Positions 7,897 through 16,868 of a stretch of DNA of 20,000 nt are shown one piece after another. The notes under the pieces are model-generated. The model was not told the origin of the DNA. It did no database searches and worked only from the letters and a program-made list of their open reading frames with translations. Source of the stretch: an uncultured virus (IMG/VR IMGVR_UViG_3300042864_000556) (Duplodnaviria > Heunggongvirae > Uroviricota > Caudoviricetes); IMG/VR virus record IMGVR_UViG_3300042864_000556. One strand, 5' to 3'. The translations under genes and the position numbers were made by a program. The stretch's first letter is position 1. Each line of letters starts with the position of its first letter.

Positions 7897-10032
7897 ATGG
7901 CTATTTATAAAGACAACGATGAGGGTACAACCCAAATGCAGCCCTCACAAGACATAAAAGAGTGGACAGAAAAAGACTACATACAACAGATACGCTGGGT
8001 AGCGGGTATGTATAATCGTGCGGTATATAGTCCAATAGCAAGAAACACAGCAATTACAGCCAATGATAAGTTTAACTCTTGGATAGATAACTACAATTTA
8101 AACGAAGCGTACTATTGGGGAGTTCAAGCAATAGAGGACTTTCAAAGTTTAACAGTAGATGAATCTAACAAGCCGTTAGCTATATCAATGCGTAGGGATA
8201 GGGATATATTCCAAATAGTAAACAAGGTAGTTGGTACGGGTATGCAGCCATTAAAACAGCTACCAAAGATGATTTCGGCTTTCTCAAAGAATCCTAACAC
8301 CATTAGCAAGCGAATGTTTTTAAAGGACTTAGCCAAGTTAATGATAGACCAAAAGAACTTCTTTGAAATGATGCAACAAACAAGCGGGCTAGAATTAAAA
8401 CCGTTTGGGGATTTAGACCTTAATGACGAAGCAGAAGTTGAAACATACTTCACCAATTACAAAGAGGGGCTAGAAAGGTCATACATTGCACTAGCCAAAG
8501 ATATTTGTTACCGCAACTCATATGTTAGTGTGTTGGAAAAGGGCTTAGTACACGCAGCAATAGGCGGTATAAACGTAGTTCGTATAGATGTAGAAAACGG
8601 CATGGTGTATTGGAGAATAGTGCCACCACAGTTTGCTATATGGGATAACTACAACAGCGACCCGATGCATAGGTACGATAGATTTGCGGGGGAGGTAAAA
8701 CAATATACTTTAACAGAATTGTTTTCACGATATGAATTTACCGAAGAAGAAAAGAAAGACCTAAAAGAAATAGCACAAGCGCCTCAATCGTGGTTAGATT
8801 ATAACACTATGTATAACGGTGTTAGCTTTTCATGGTACGACCAAAGTGCCAATAGCATTCCAATGGTAACGGTAGTTGAATGCCAATGGCGTTCACTAAA
8901 CTACATGAAAGGTGTAGAAAAACCTTTTGAAGTTATAAGAGAAGGAGTATTGATAGGTAACAAGTATTTGAAAGAATACGGCATAGCTAAAAATTGCCCA
9001 GAGGATACAAGAAATAAATCTAAGTTAAGAATGCGTTATGTGGCGGTTTCACCCGCAATGTTAAGCGGTGGCAACTTGTCTATTGTAGATATGCTAAGAA
9101 CGTATCAATCAGAAAAGAACGCAATTAAAACTAAGCTATTCCAATTGATAGCCAACGCCAAAGGCAAGAGATATGTGGTGTATGCAGATAGATTGCCTGC
9201 GGGAATGGGTACGCCCGATTTCCTTTCGCAGCTAACACAAGCGGGTGTGGCTGTATTAACGGGTACGCAAATAGACGACAACTCAAACGATAAGAATGAA
9301 AGTTTGGTACAGACTATTGACATGACATTAGACCAAAATGTTTTTGGCTTGATTAATATCATGGCAGACATTCGTAGAAATATGAATGACATAGTAGCGT
9401 TAAACCAAACAGCATTAGGGAATACAGACAACTACATGAGCAAGGAACAGCTAATGCAAAATGTAGACTCTGCTAAGTTGGGTATGGATTTCTTTTATAG
9501 TGCATACAATGAGTTTGTAAAGAACTTGTTAGAAGTGTCTGCAAACATGGCAAAGCTATGTATAAAAGAAAACGAAGAAGACTACACGTTAATAGTAGGG
9601 GATGGAATGTACGAAATGCTATCGGCAGAAGTAGCAGAGAAGTTAGTGTTTGAGGATATGGACTTAGTGTTGTCAATAAGCGATTACCTAACCGAACAAG
9701 ATAAGAATTTCTACAAGCAATACTTCATACAGAAAGCTAGTGCTAGTGCTAATCCTTTAGACGATTTAATGGTATTAGGAATAGACAAGTTCAGTTCTAA
9801 AAATGAAATGATAAACTACATAACCTATATGACGGCTAAGAAGATTGAAATGCAGAACGCAGAAAGAGAGCAAGCAATGGCACAGCAGCAACAAGCGGTA
9901 GAAGCACAAGCGGGCGCACAAGTAGATAGCACAGCAATCGGGGCAGAAACGGCATTAGAGAAAGAGGCTATGAAAACAGAACGTGACATAGCCTTAGCTG
10001 AGATGAAAAATAGCGAACAGCCTATTAGATAG
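7897..10032 (+). CDS. Portal protein (crAss/P22-like)
   Basis: 711 aa helical protein between TerL and scaffold/MCP, ending in a Q/A/E-rich coiled coil typical of P22-like portal barrels. 'LVQTIDMTL' recalls crAss-like portals. Confidence 0.85.
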   Translation: MAIYKDNDEGTTQMQPSQDIKEWTEKDYIQQIRWVAGMYNRAVYSPIARNTAITANDKFNSWIDNYNLNEAYYWGVQAIEDFQSLTVDESNKPLAISMRRDRDIFQIVNKVVGTGMQPLKQLPKMISAFSKNPNTISKRMFLKDLAKLMIDQKNFFEMMQQTSGLELKPFGDLDLNDEAEVETYFTNYKEGLERSYIALAKDICYRNSYVSVLEKGLVHAAIGGINVVRIDVENGMVYWRIVPPQFAIWDNYNSDPMHRYDRFAGEVKQYTLTELFSRYEFTEEEKKDLKEIAQAPQSWLDYNTMYNGVSFSWYDQSANSIPMVTVVECQWRSLNYMKGVEKPFEVIREGVLIGNKYLKEYGIAKNCPEDTRNKSKLRMRYVAVSPAMLSGGNLSIVDMLRTYQSEKNAIKTKLFQLIANAKGKRYVVYADRLPAGMGTPDFLSQLTQAGVAVLTGTQIDDNSNDKNESLVQTIDMTLDQNVFGLINIMADIRRNMNDIVALNQTALGNTDNYMSKEQLMQNVDSAKLGMDFFYSAYNEFVKNLLEVSANMAKLCIKENEEDYTLIVGDGMYEMLSAEVAEKLVFEDMDLVLSISDYLTEQDKNFYKQYFIQKASASANPLDDLMVLGIDKFSSKNEMINYITYMTAKKIEMQNAEREQAMAQQQQAVEAQAGAQVDSTAIGAETALEKEAMKTERDIALAEMKNSEQPIR

Positions 10033-10040
10033 GCTATGCC

Positions 10041-10080
10041 TATTGGTTAAGCCAACGCTTATTGGTTAAGCCAACGCTTA
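10041..10080. repeat. Exact 19-bp tandem duplication TATTGGTTAAGCCAACGCT x2
   Basis: Copies at 10041-10059 and 10060-10078, plus TA. Each copy holds an imperfect palindrome TTGG-TTAAG-CCAA. Confidence 0.95.
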
Positions 10081-10292
10081 ATCGCTATCTTTATCAATGT
10101 AGTTTCGCAGTCAATCCCCATGAGTTCACCCCTTTCAATTAGTTCAATAAACATTGAAGGGGAAACCCTTGCGTTTATCTTTACCAATTCATAGTTGCCG
10201 TCTTCAATAGACTTTAATACTTTTTCTTTTTTCAAGAGTACCCGATTAGGGGATTTAATTCTTGGTCTTTTTTGTGTTAACTTGTCGCTCAT
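10059..10292 (-). CDS. Ribbon-helix-helix (Arc/CopG/MetJ-like) DNA-binding protein, 77 aa
   Basis: The C-terminal 'VKINARVSPSMFIELIERGELMGIDCETTLIKIAIKRWL' fits strand-helix-G-helix with alternating hydrophobic residues, after a basic N-terminal arm. I moved the start from 10340 to the ATG at 10292 because a promoter occupies 10298-10329. Confidence 0.7.
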   Translation of the reverse strand: MSDKLTQKRPRIKSPNRVLLKKEKVLKSIEDGNYELVKINARVSPSMFIELIERGELMGIDCETTLIKIAIKRWLNQ

Positions 10293-10297
10293 GTCTA

Positions 10298-10329
10298 CAA
10301 ACATACATATAAACATGATAATGTCCAAA
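10298..10329 (-). promoter_or_regulatory. Bacteroidota promoter for the RHH gene (TTTG-N20-TATGTTTG on the minus strand)
   Basis: The plus strand reads CAAA at 10326-10329 and CAAACATA at 10298-10305, a 20-nt spacer. The ATG follows 5 nt after the -7 element. Confidence 0.75.
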
Positions 10330-10347
10330 TTAATAGACATATTTTTG
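10322..10347 (+). promoter_or_regulatory. Operator-like palindrome TGTCC-N8-AGACA abutting the -7 element TATTTTTG of the scaffold/capsid promoter
   Basis: ATGTC...GACAT inverted repeat at 10321-10340 and TAnnTTTG at 10340-10347. No clear -33 element. Confidence 0.7.
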
Positions 10348-10374
10348 TTGGGTATATAAATTTAAAAGGACATT

Positions 10375-11505
10375 ATGGAAGAAAATGAACAAAACGTAGG
10401 GGGAGAAATCCTCGATGCGGGGGTTAGGGAAGACCTAACCAATTTCTTTACAAAGTACGAGGAAGCAACGGGAGAAAAGAAAGTAGAAGCGCAAGCTGAA
10501 ACGCAAGTTGAAACTCCAACCGAAACGCAAGTTGAAACGCCAACAGAGCAAACAACCGAAACGCAAGTTGAAGCGCAAGTAGAAACTCCAACGCCCGAAG
10601 CTACACAAGAACCGAACAAAGAACCGCTCTTTGAATTATTGACCGAACAAGCAAACACCACACCAACGGCAGAAACGCCAACGGAAGTTAAGTTGCCTAA
10701 AGAAGTAGAGGAAAGATTGTCGTTGGTAGATGCTTACGAAAGCAGATTAAAGGCGATAGATGAAAACCCTATTGTAAAGGCATTAGCTTACGCAGAATCG
10801 CTTGAGCAGATTAGACAAATTGCAAGAGAGATAGCAGGCGAAGACGTTTCTAAATTAGGCGTATCGGAATTGATTAGGCGTGAAGCAGAAGCAAGCGGAT
10901 TGGAAGGAGAAGAACTAACAATCGCAATTGAAGAAGAAATGGCATCATATGAATCAATGACAAGGTTAGCAAGAAAGTCTTTTGAAAACAACTTAAAAGC
11001 TAAGTATGACAAAGGGGGCGAAAGCAAAACCTTACAAGCGTTAGAGGAAGCGTTTAAAGCAAAAGAGAAAGAAAGAGTTAACCCCGAAGAAAACCAAAGG
11101 TTGTTAGAAGAAGCTATCAAAAAGGACACCGAGAAATTGCAAAGCATAGCAAGTAAGTATGTAGGGCAAGAAGTAAGTGGCTTTAAAGTTCCCGAAGATT
11201 TTAGCCAAAAGGTAATTGAACTATACAATTCAGATGAGTTCAATTTCTTTGACGAAAGAGGAAACTTTAGAGAAGATAAGTTTGCACAGTTAGCCTTTTG
11301 GAAGTTATACGGAACTACTTTACTACAAGCACAAAAAGAAGCAGTAAAGAAGCAAGTAATCCAAGAGAGAAGCAACCCATCAAAAGACGGAATTATCGGA
11401 GGGCAAACCCCAACGGTAGATAACCGAACAGATGATGAGAAGTTTTTAAGAAGTTTGTTTGACGGTCAGATAGATGTAAATAAAATAAGACAAGAAATGG
11501 CATAA
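10375..11505 (+). CDS. Capsid scaffolding-like protein (crAss conserved gene upstream of MCP)
   Basis: 376 aa, very Glu-rich, with a low-complexity N-terminus and coiled coils. It lies immediately upstream of the MCP gene. Confidence 0.75.
   Translation: MEENEQNVGGEILDAGVREDLTNFFTKYEEATGEKKVEAQAETQVETPTETQVETPTEQTTETQVEAQVETPTPEATQEPNKEPLFELLTEQANTTPTAETPTEVKLPKEVEERLSLVDAYESRLKAIDENPIVKALAYAESLEQIRQIAREIAGEDVSKLGVSELIRREAEASGLEGEELTIAIEEEMASYESMTRLARKSFENNLKAKYDKGGESKTLQALEEAFKAKEKERVNPEENQRLLEEAIKKDTEKLQSIASKYVGQEVSGFKVPEDFSQKVIELYNSDEFNFFDERGNFREDKFAQLAFWKLYGTTLLQAQKEAVKKQVIQERSNPSKDGIIGGQTPTVDNRTDDEKFLRSLFDGQIDVNKIRQEMA
10483..10593 (+). repeat. Intragenic degenerate tandem repeat (GAAACGCAAGTTGAA units) encoding ETQVETPT
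   Basis: Protein segment VEAQAETQVETPTETQVETPTEQTTETQVEAQVETPT. Confidence 0.85.
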
Positions 11506-11541
11506 GCCAAGAATAAATAAACCAATAAATAAAAAATAAAA

Positions 11542-12882
11542 ATGAGTTTGAACCAAACGTTTCCAGACGCAAATTTAACCCAAAAGAGTATCTATGAGTT
11601 AAATTCAATCACCTACCGTCAGGTAGAGGAACTTGTGGCAATCGTGAACCCACGCTTCCGCAGGTCAAAATTATCTAAACTTTCGGCACAATTAGGCAAG
11701 CCTGTACAAAAGAAGTCAGGACAACGCTTAATCGAAATGTATCGTCAAGGGTATGACTATCCTATGGCTTCCATCGCATCCCGCACAACAAGCGGTAATG
11801 ACCTTATCTTAACTTTTACCGACACAAGTTTCAATTCTATCGTAGTTGATAACATGGTAAAAGCAAGCAACGGTACATTAGGTATTGTTAAAAGTGTAGG
11901 GTTGGGAACAATGACAATCAGTTGGTTACAGACACCAAGCAACACATCAGCCACAGGATTCGCATCAGGCGACTTCGCAGTTGGTGGATTTACAGTTGAC
12001 ATGGGTAACGTAGGTAACGTACTTGACAGACAATCTCCATTAGCAATTGACCCACAGCCTACCCGTTTCACTAACGTGATTGGACAGATTGACGGTTCGG
12101 TAACATTGTCTTTTGAAGATTTGAACACAAAGACTTGGTTGCCATTCAACGGTAAGCAATACTACTCTTTGTCAAAACTTGACTATGCAATGCAACAATT
12201 CTTGAGAGCCTACGATTACCGTATGTTGTCAGACGTTGCTGCTGTGGATGACGCACAGAAACCTGTATCGGGTTCAATTTTGTGGCAGATTAAAACACAA
12301 GGCGGTATTGACAGACCATTTACTTCACTAACTGAATCTGAATTTTTAGGCGCAGCCGATGAGTTTAGAGCAAACGGTGGATATGATGGTGAGAAAATCG
12401 TTATCGTTTGTGGTAGCGGATATTTAGCTGAATTACAGAAAAACGTATTTAAGCAATTCATCACAACTGCGGGTACTACAAATACAATTGGCGGAGCATC
12501 CGTTAAAGGTATCAATGTAAAAGAATACGCATACGGTGGATATGAGTACCAAATAATCGTAGATGATTTCATGGATCAACCGTCATGGACTCCAACTACA
12601 ATTTACAACCAACCATCTAAGCGTTCTTACTCAGCTATATGGATGTCAACTTCGCCTGTGCCTTCGGTAAATGGTGGTATGTTGCCTTTCATTAGTGAGC
12701 ATTACTTCGGTAATACTGCTGACATGGTAGTACAAAAAGTGTTTGGTATGATTGATGACAAGGGTAACTATGTAAGTGTAGGTTCTAACGGTAAGAAAAA
12801 CGTTACTTGGAACATGACATTAGACAAAGTAACTCAGTTAGCTAATCCTGCGGGTTGTATGTTCCACTACGTTTCTGCTTAA
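11542..12882 (+). CDS. Major capsid protein (HK97 fold, crAss-like)
   Basis: 446 aa, positioned after the scaffold gene with a strong A-rich leader. Recognisable segments include 'PTRFTNVIGQI', 'SGSILWQI', 'IVIVCGSG' and terminal 'LANPAGC'. Confidence 0.8.
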   Translation: MSLNQTFPDANLTQKSIYELNSITYRQVEELVAIVNPRFRRSKLSKLSAQLGKPVQKKSGQRLIEMYRQGYDYPMASIASRTTSGNDLILTFTDTSFNSIVVDNMVKASNGTLGIVKSVGLGTMTISWLQTPSNTSATGFASGDFAVGGFTVDMGNVGNVLDRQSPLAIDPQPTRFTNVIGQIDGSVTLSFEDLNTKTWLPFNGKQYYSLSKLDYAMQQFLRAYDYRMLSDVAAVDDAQKPVSGSILWQIKTQGGIDRPFTSLTESEFLGAADEFRANGGYDGEKIVIVCGSGYLAELQKNVFKQFITTAGTTNTIGGASVKGINVKEYAYGGYEYQIIVDDFMDQPSWTPTTIYNQPSKRSYSAIWMSTSPVPSVNGGMLPFISEHYFGNTADMVVQKVFGMIDDKGNYVSVGSNGKKNVTWNMTLDKVTQLANPAGCMFHYVSA

Positions 12883-12916
12883 TTCTAATTTTTAACAAAA
12901 TAATAAATAAATAAAA

Positions 12917-13897
12917 ATGAAAATACAAGACATCGTAGTATTAAATACAGTAACAGCAAACGGCACGGATGCAGCCGTAGATTCAGATGGATTCTTAAAT
13001 GTAGTTGGTGCTGATTCAATCAAAGCCAATCGCATTACAAACATGAGTATTCAAGCGTATGTAGCAGAGGTAAGACAAGTAGACACAGTAACACCAAGTG
13101 CAGTAGATAACACTACTTACACATTGGCAATTAGCGGTGTAAACAAACAAACCAACGCTGCTTATTTCCGTCAATACTCTGTAACATCGGGTACAAGCGC
13201 AACAGCAACAACTATCGGGGATTTATTCCGCACCGAGATTAACAATGATGCTTATGTGAATGTAACTGCAAGTGGAACTACCACATTGGTATTGACCGCA
13301 GATGCAGGCTTCCCAGCATTTACCACAATCGAGTCAGATGCAAACCTTTCGGTAGCGTTGACAACTCCTGCGGTAATTGGCAAAGGGTTAGGTTCGCAGA
13401 TTAGCGCAGATTATCCATCGGCAGTTTATCCTGAGATTGCTAACATCGTAGCAGCAAACGAGTATTCAACTGTAAAGATTGATTACGAAGATGTAGGTGC
13501 TTATGGTGAGAACAACACTTTGGGTAACTCATACAAATCTTTAGTGATTTTTGTAAACAAAGCAGCTACTAACTTTAGCGACTTGTTAGGTACTTATGGT
13601 ACATTGACAGGGTTGAAGAAAGGCGCACAAGTAACATTGAGCAGACCTGCAACAACTACCGCAGCAATCACCGTAACAACGGGTGCGATTGTACTTGCGG
13701 GTGGTGCGGTAGAGTTCAGTACACTTGGCGCACAATCAGGTGACTACCTTGTTATCAACACGGGTACAGCTTGGAGTACAGAAGCGGTTACGAAGATTAC
13801 GGGTATCATCACAGAAGATGATGCATTCGGAACTAACGTTACGGCTGTATCTGCTGATTTGTTCAAGTACGCAGCTTGGAGACCATTACCTTTGTAA
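12917..13897 (+). CDS. Auxiliary capsid/decoration-like structural protein
   Basis: 326 aa, T/A/V-rich and beta-like. It shares the MCP's AAATAAATAAAAATG-type leader and is followed by a terminator. Size and position fit a crAss auxiliary capsid protein. Confidence 0.6.
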   Translation: MKIQDIVVLNTVTANGTDAAVDSDGFLNVVGADSIKANRITNMSIQAYVAEVRQVDTVTPSAVDNTTYTLAISGVNKQTNAAYFRQYSVTSGTSATATTIGDLFRTEINNDAYVNVTASGTTTLVLTADAGFPAFTTIESDANLSVALTTPAVIGKGLGSQISADYPSAVYPEIANIVAANEYSTVKIDYEDVGAYGENNTLGNSYKSLVIFVNKAATNFSDLLGTYGTLTGLKKGAQVTLSRPATTTAAITVTTGAIVLAGGAVEFSTLGAQSGDYLVINTGTAWSTEAVTKITGIITEDDAFGTNVTAVSADLFKYAAWRPLPL

Positions 13898-13957
13898 GAA
13901 GGTTCAAGGTTATTGTTTAAGTCTTTTTTGTCCTAAATATATATACCTTTCCATGCG

Positions 13958-13990
13958 AAGCCCTCCCCTAAAAAGGAGGGTTTTGTTTTT
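13958..13990 (+). terminator. Rho-independent terminator after the capsid genes
   Basis: Stem AAGCCCTCC (13958-13966) / GGAGGGTTT (13975-13983) with an 8-nt loop and a T-rich tail. Confidence 0.85.
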
Positions 13991-14013
13991 ATGTCTAATT
14001 TACTATACATTTG
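13982..14013 (+). promoter_or_regulatory. Bacteroidota promoter (TTTG-N20-TACATTTG) with TGTCT-N8-ATACA box
   Basis: TTTG at 13982-13985, TACATTTG at 14006-14013, box at 13992-14009. Confidence 0.8.
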
Positions 14014-14032
14014 TATTCACAAAATAATTACA

Positions 14033-14380
14033 ATGGCAGAACAAGTAACAGCTAATTTCCCCGATAGAGTGTTTGGCACTACGTTTAAAACAGTGACGTA
14101 CACAATGACGGATGAGAATGGCGACCCGATAGATTTGTCGGGATGGCTAATAGAAATAGCATTTAAGAAACAAGCAAATGCCGATGCAGCAAAGTTTTTA
14201 AGTTCAGCAACGGGCGGGATAACTATAACCGATGCAGCCAATGGCATATGGCAGATAAACGCTTTTACGATAGATATGTCCCCTGCATTGTACTTGTACG
14301 ACATAAAGACAACGGATAGCTTTAACGTGGTAGAAGACTATGTAAGAGGTAGTTTTAAGGTGTTACAAAACATAACATAA
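14033..14380 (+). CDS. Small Ig-like (BppU N-terminal-like) phage structural protein, 115 aa
   Basis: Pattern 'TDENGDPIDLSG...ITITDAANG....YLYDI......YVRGSFKV'. I moved the start from 13991 to 14033 because the earlier ATG lies inside the promoter. Confidence 0.65.
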   Translation: MAEQVTANFPDRVFGTTFKTVTYTMTDENGDPIDLSGWLIEIAFKKQANADAAKFLSSATGGITITDAANGIWQINAFTIDMSPALYLYDIKTTDSFNVVEDYVRGSFKVLQNIT

Positions 14381-14381
14381 T

Positions 14382-14807
14382 ATGCCTACATACAATATCA
14401 CAGAAGTAAATATCAACCAAGAAGATAGCAACGGAAGGGTGGAGATAGTAGAACAACCGTTGATAAGCGATGTAACCTTATCGGTGTTAGGTAGCCAATC
14501 GGAAGTTAATATTGCAGAAACAACGCAGATAAGCGGTGTAAATATATTGCAAGAAAGCGGAGAGTCTGAGGTAAACTTTGTAGAAGTACCACAAATAACA
14601 AAGGTTAATATAAACATGGTAGTGCAAGGTGGTGGTGGCGATGTAGAGATAGAGAACAGTGATGCAAGTTATACCGCAACAGCTACACCCCCTACGTTTA
14701 TATTGCCCGATACTAATTACGAAATATATGTAGGGACTAATCCAACGCCCGCAACATTTAGTTTCCCAACATTAAAAGACGAAGTTATTAACATAAATTG
14801 GGTATAA
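14382..14807 (+). CDS. Hypothetical acidic beta-repeat structural protein
   Basis: 141 aa with recurring '[ST]EVNI.E.PQI..VNI' units and a GGGG hinge. Confidence 0.6.
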   Translation: MPTYNITEVNINQEDSNGRVEIVEQPLISDVTLSVLGSQSEVNIAETTQISGVNILQESGESEVNFVEVPQITKVNINMVVQGGGGDVEIENSDASYTATATPPTFILPDTNYEIYVGTNPTPATFSFPTLKDEVININWV

Positions 14808-14808
14808 T

Positions 14809-15639
14809 ATGAGTGTAGTAATAAACATACCAAACCCCGTAGTAACGGTAGCAGACATAACAGAAAGAGACGCAATCCCAAGTGGCGAAAGGTATATAGG
14901 ATTAGGGGTGTATGTATTAGCTAACCCGCACAATATCTTTAGGTTAGTTGGCGGTATAGCCAATTCAAATTGGGAAAGAGAAGTACCTGCAACATTGGGA
15001 GGTGGTAATGACGTAAGAAACATTGCGTGGTCTGCGGATAACTCAGCCTTAAAAGACAACACAACGGGTATAGGTAATATAGCCATAGGAACAGAATCGC
15101 TTTTTAAAAACACAACGGGCGTAGAGAATATGTCAATAGGTTTTCGTGCGTTGTATTCTAATGTTAACGGTAATTACAATGTAGGTATAGGAACGGGTGC
15201 GTTATTTACTAACGTAAGTGGGCAGTTTAATGTGGGCGTAGGGCAAAGCGCATTGGTGTTTAATACTGCAAGCAATAATACGGGATTGGGACACGGTGCG
15301 TTAGAGAATTTGACTACGGGTTCTGAAAACACAGCAATGGGAAAATTAGCGGGAGCTGTGTTGGTTACGGGTTCTAATAATATAGCAATAGGCGCAAACA
15401 CTAATTTTGGCGCAAGCAATAACACCAATACCATAGTAATAGGTGCGGGGGCTACAAGCGGGGCAAGCAACACCACAACGATAGGAACTGCGTCTACAAC
15501 ATCGGCAAGGTTAAGGGGCGCACACGTTATTGATTCGTTTGCGGATGTATCAGCACCCGTTAACAGTCTTTATTTTTCAACAACAGCTAACAGATTGGTT
15601 TGGAAAGACAGCTTTGGAATTGTAAATAATTTGTATTAA
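14809..15639 (+). CDS. Head/tail fibre with trimeric YadA/Hep-Hag-like 14-aa repeats
   Basis: Repeats of 'N.[AG].G..AL..N..G'. The N-terminal 'VADITERDAIP..ERY.GL.VYV' recalls capsid-anchoring fibre domains. Confidence 0.7.
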   Translation: MSVVINIPNPVVTVADITERDAIPSGERYIGLGVYVLANPHNIFRLVGGIANSNWEREVPATLGGGNDVRNIAWSADNSALKDNTTGIGNIAIGTESLFKNTTGVENMSIGFRALYSNVNGNYNVGIGTGALFTNVSGQFNVGVGQSALVFNTASNNTGLGHGALENLTTGSENTAMGKLAGAVLVTGSNNIAIGANTNFGASNNTNTIVIGAGATSGASNTTTIGTASTTSARLRGAHVIDSFADVSAPVNSLYFSTTANRLVWKDSFGIVNNLY

Positions 15640-15660
15640 TAAAAAAATGCATTACATTTG
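15630..15660 (+). promoter_or_regulatory. Bacteroidota promoter (TTTG-N19-TACATTTG)
   Basis: TTTG at 15630-15633, TACATTTG at 15653-15660, ATG at 15685. Confidence 0.75.
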
Positions 15661-15684
15661 TAGCGTATAAATATTTAAAAGGAC

Positions 15685-16833
15685 ATGGGAATTACCAAAT
15701 TTAGAATCACTTGCCGTAGAGCAAACAGAGCGCACATAGGGTTTGACTGTACCTATTTCGACTCAATCAACACAACGCATTACACACTATTTAAAGACGG
15801 TGTAGTTAAGCAAAGGTCAGCATTGCCCGAAGAATTAGATGCTCGTTATGTGGTATCACACAACCTACCACTAAGGCAAAAGGTTGGTAACGACATTTTC
15901 CTTTACCAAGATTTTGAGATATTAGACAACGATGATTACGAGCAAGCACCAAGAGCAATAAAAGAAATATCTAAAAGAAACAGAGAGTTATACGACTTTT
16001 TAATGCAAGGGCATTCTGACTTTTACATTCCCGATGATAAGGGTGAAAACTTAAACCCGAACATTACCGAATCCCCAAGATTTACTTTAGAGAATATCAC
16101 ACAAACAATATTGCGTGATGAAAGGAAAAACAAGCTATTAGGCGAAGCGTTATTAGCTTTAAGGCAATTAGATGAAGGAGATGCAGAATCGTTCTTAGAA
16201 GTGTGCTATGCATTAAGAGTACCCGTTAAAGAGAACTTTGCTAAAGAGTTGCTATACAATATGTGTACCATGAAAGTAAACGCTAATCCCGAACACTTTA
16301 TGTCTATCATAAACAGCAAGGACAGACAGTTAATTGCGTTGGTAGAAAGGGCGATAAACACAGAAGTAACAAACAATGATGGCAGTAGGTCAACAGCGTT
16401 GGTTAAGCGACATGATGGTTTGATATTCTACAATGAGTTACCAATTGCCGACAATGAGCAAGAAGCGGTAGAATACTTTAAGATAAACGACCACGAAAGA
16501 CGTGCGTTGGAAACAAGGTTAGGGGTAAGAAATGCTTTTGTAAAGCCCGTTAAGTTGGTAAAGGCATCAGAGATAGACGCTAAGAATCTAAGGACACCCG
16601 TAGAGAAGTTGCAACAAGTGGAGAACTTAGAGATAGAAGCGGAAATGATGAAGATGCGTAAAGAAGTAGATAGGGTATTTAAGTATTTTAAAACACCCGA
16701 AGTAGTACAAAAGAAGATAAATGCGTTAAGAGAAAGGTACATGGACTATGAGCATTCATTTGATGCGTATGTAGTTAAAAAGAACGCAGAAGTGCATGAT
16801 ATGGGTGAAGAAGCCCATGTAGCATTTGGATAG
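15685..16833 (+). CDS. Conserved crAss-like capsid-module protein ('gene 75'-like), function unknown
   Basis: 382 aa. The central 'KELLYN...NANPEHF....LVERAI...IFYNELPIADNEQEAVEYF' resembles, from memory, the conserved gene that follows MCP in Crassvirales. Confidence 0.55.
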   Translation: MGITKFRITCRRANRAHIGFDCTYFDSINTTHYTLFKDGVVKQRSALPEELDARYVVSHNLPLRQKVGNDIFLYQDFEILDNDDYEQAPRAIKEISKRNRELYDFLMQGHSDFYIPDDKGENLNPNITESPRFTLENITQTILRDERKNKLLGEALLALRQLDEGDAESFLEVCYALRVPVKENFAKELLYNMCTMKVNANPEHFMSIINSKDRQLIALVERAINTEVTNNDGSRSTALVKRHDGLIFYNELPIADNEQEAVEYFKINDHERRALETRLGVRNAFVKPVKLVKASEIDAKNLRTPVEKLQQVENLEIEAEMMKMRKEVDRVFKYFKTPEVVQKKINALRERYMDYEHSFDAYVVKKNAEVHDMGEEAHVAFG

Positions 16834-16868
16834 GCTTTTCGTTGTAAGTTGTTATATGTTTAAATGTT

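Noticed and set aside
10041..10080. CRISPR-like mini-array
   Set aside because: The two 19-bp copies are directly adjacent with no spacer.
10293..10340. Longer 93-aa version of the RHH ORF starting at 10340
   Set aside because: The extension runs through its own predicted promoter and the operator, so ATG 10292 fits better.
6014..12882. Introns, inteins or homing endonucleases in TerL/portal/MCP
   Set aside because: The ORFs are continuous and of ordinary or short length, and I saw no intein-like termini or endonuclease motifs.
12870..12920. Programmed frameshift or readthrough fusing MCP to the next protein
   Set aside because: No slippery heptamer precedes the TAA, further stops follow, and the next gene has its own A-rich initiation region.
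13929..13946. Sixth operator copy (TGTCC-TAAATATA-TATAC)
   Set aside because: Only the left half-site matches at the 8-nt spacing and it is not tied to a -7 element. At best it is a weak auxiliary site.
13725..14032. ORF 13725-14027 and the 13991 start of the next gene
   Set aside because: The first overlaps the auxiliary capsid gene out of frame and crosses a terminator. The second lies inside the promoter.
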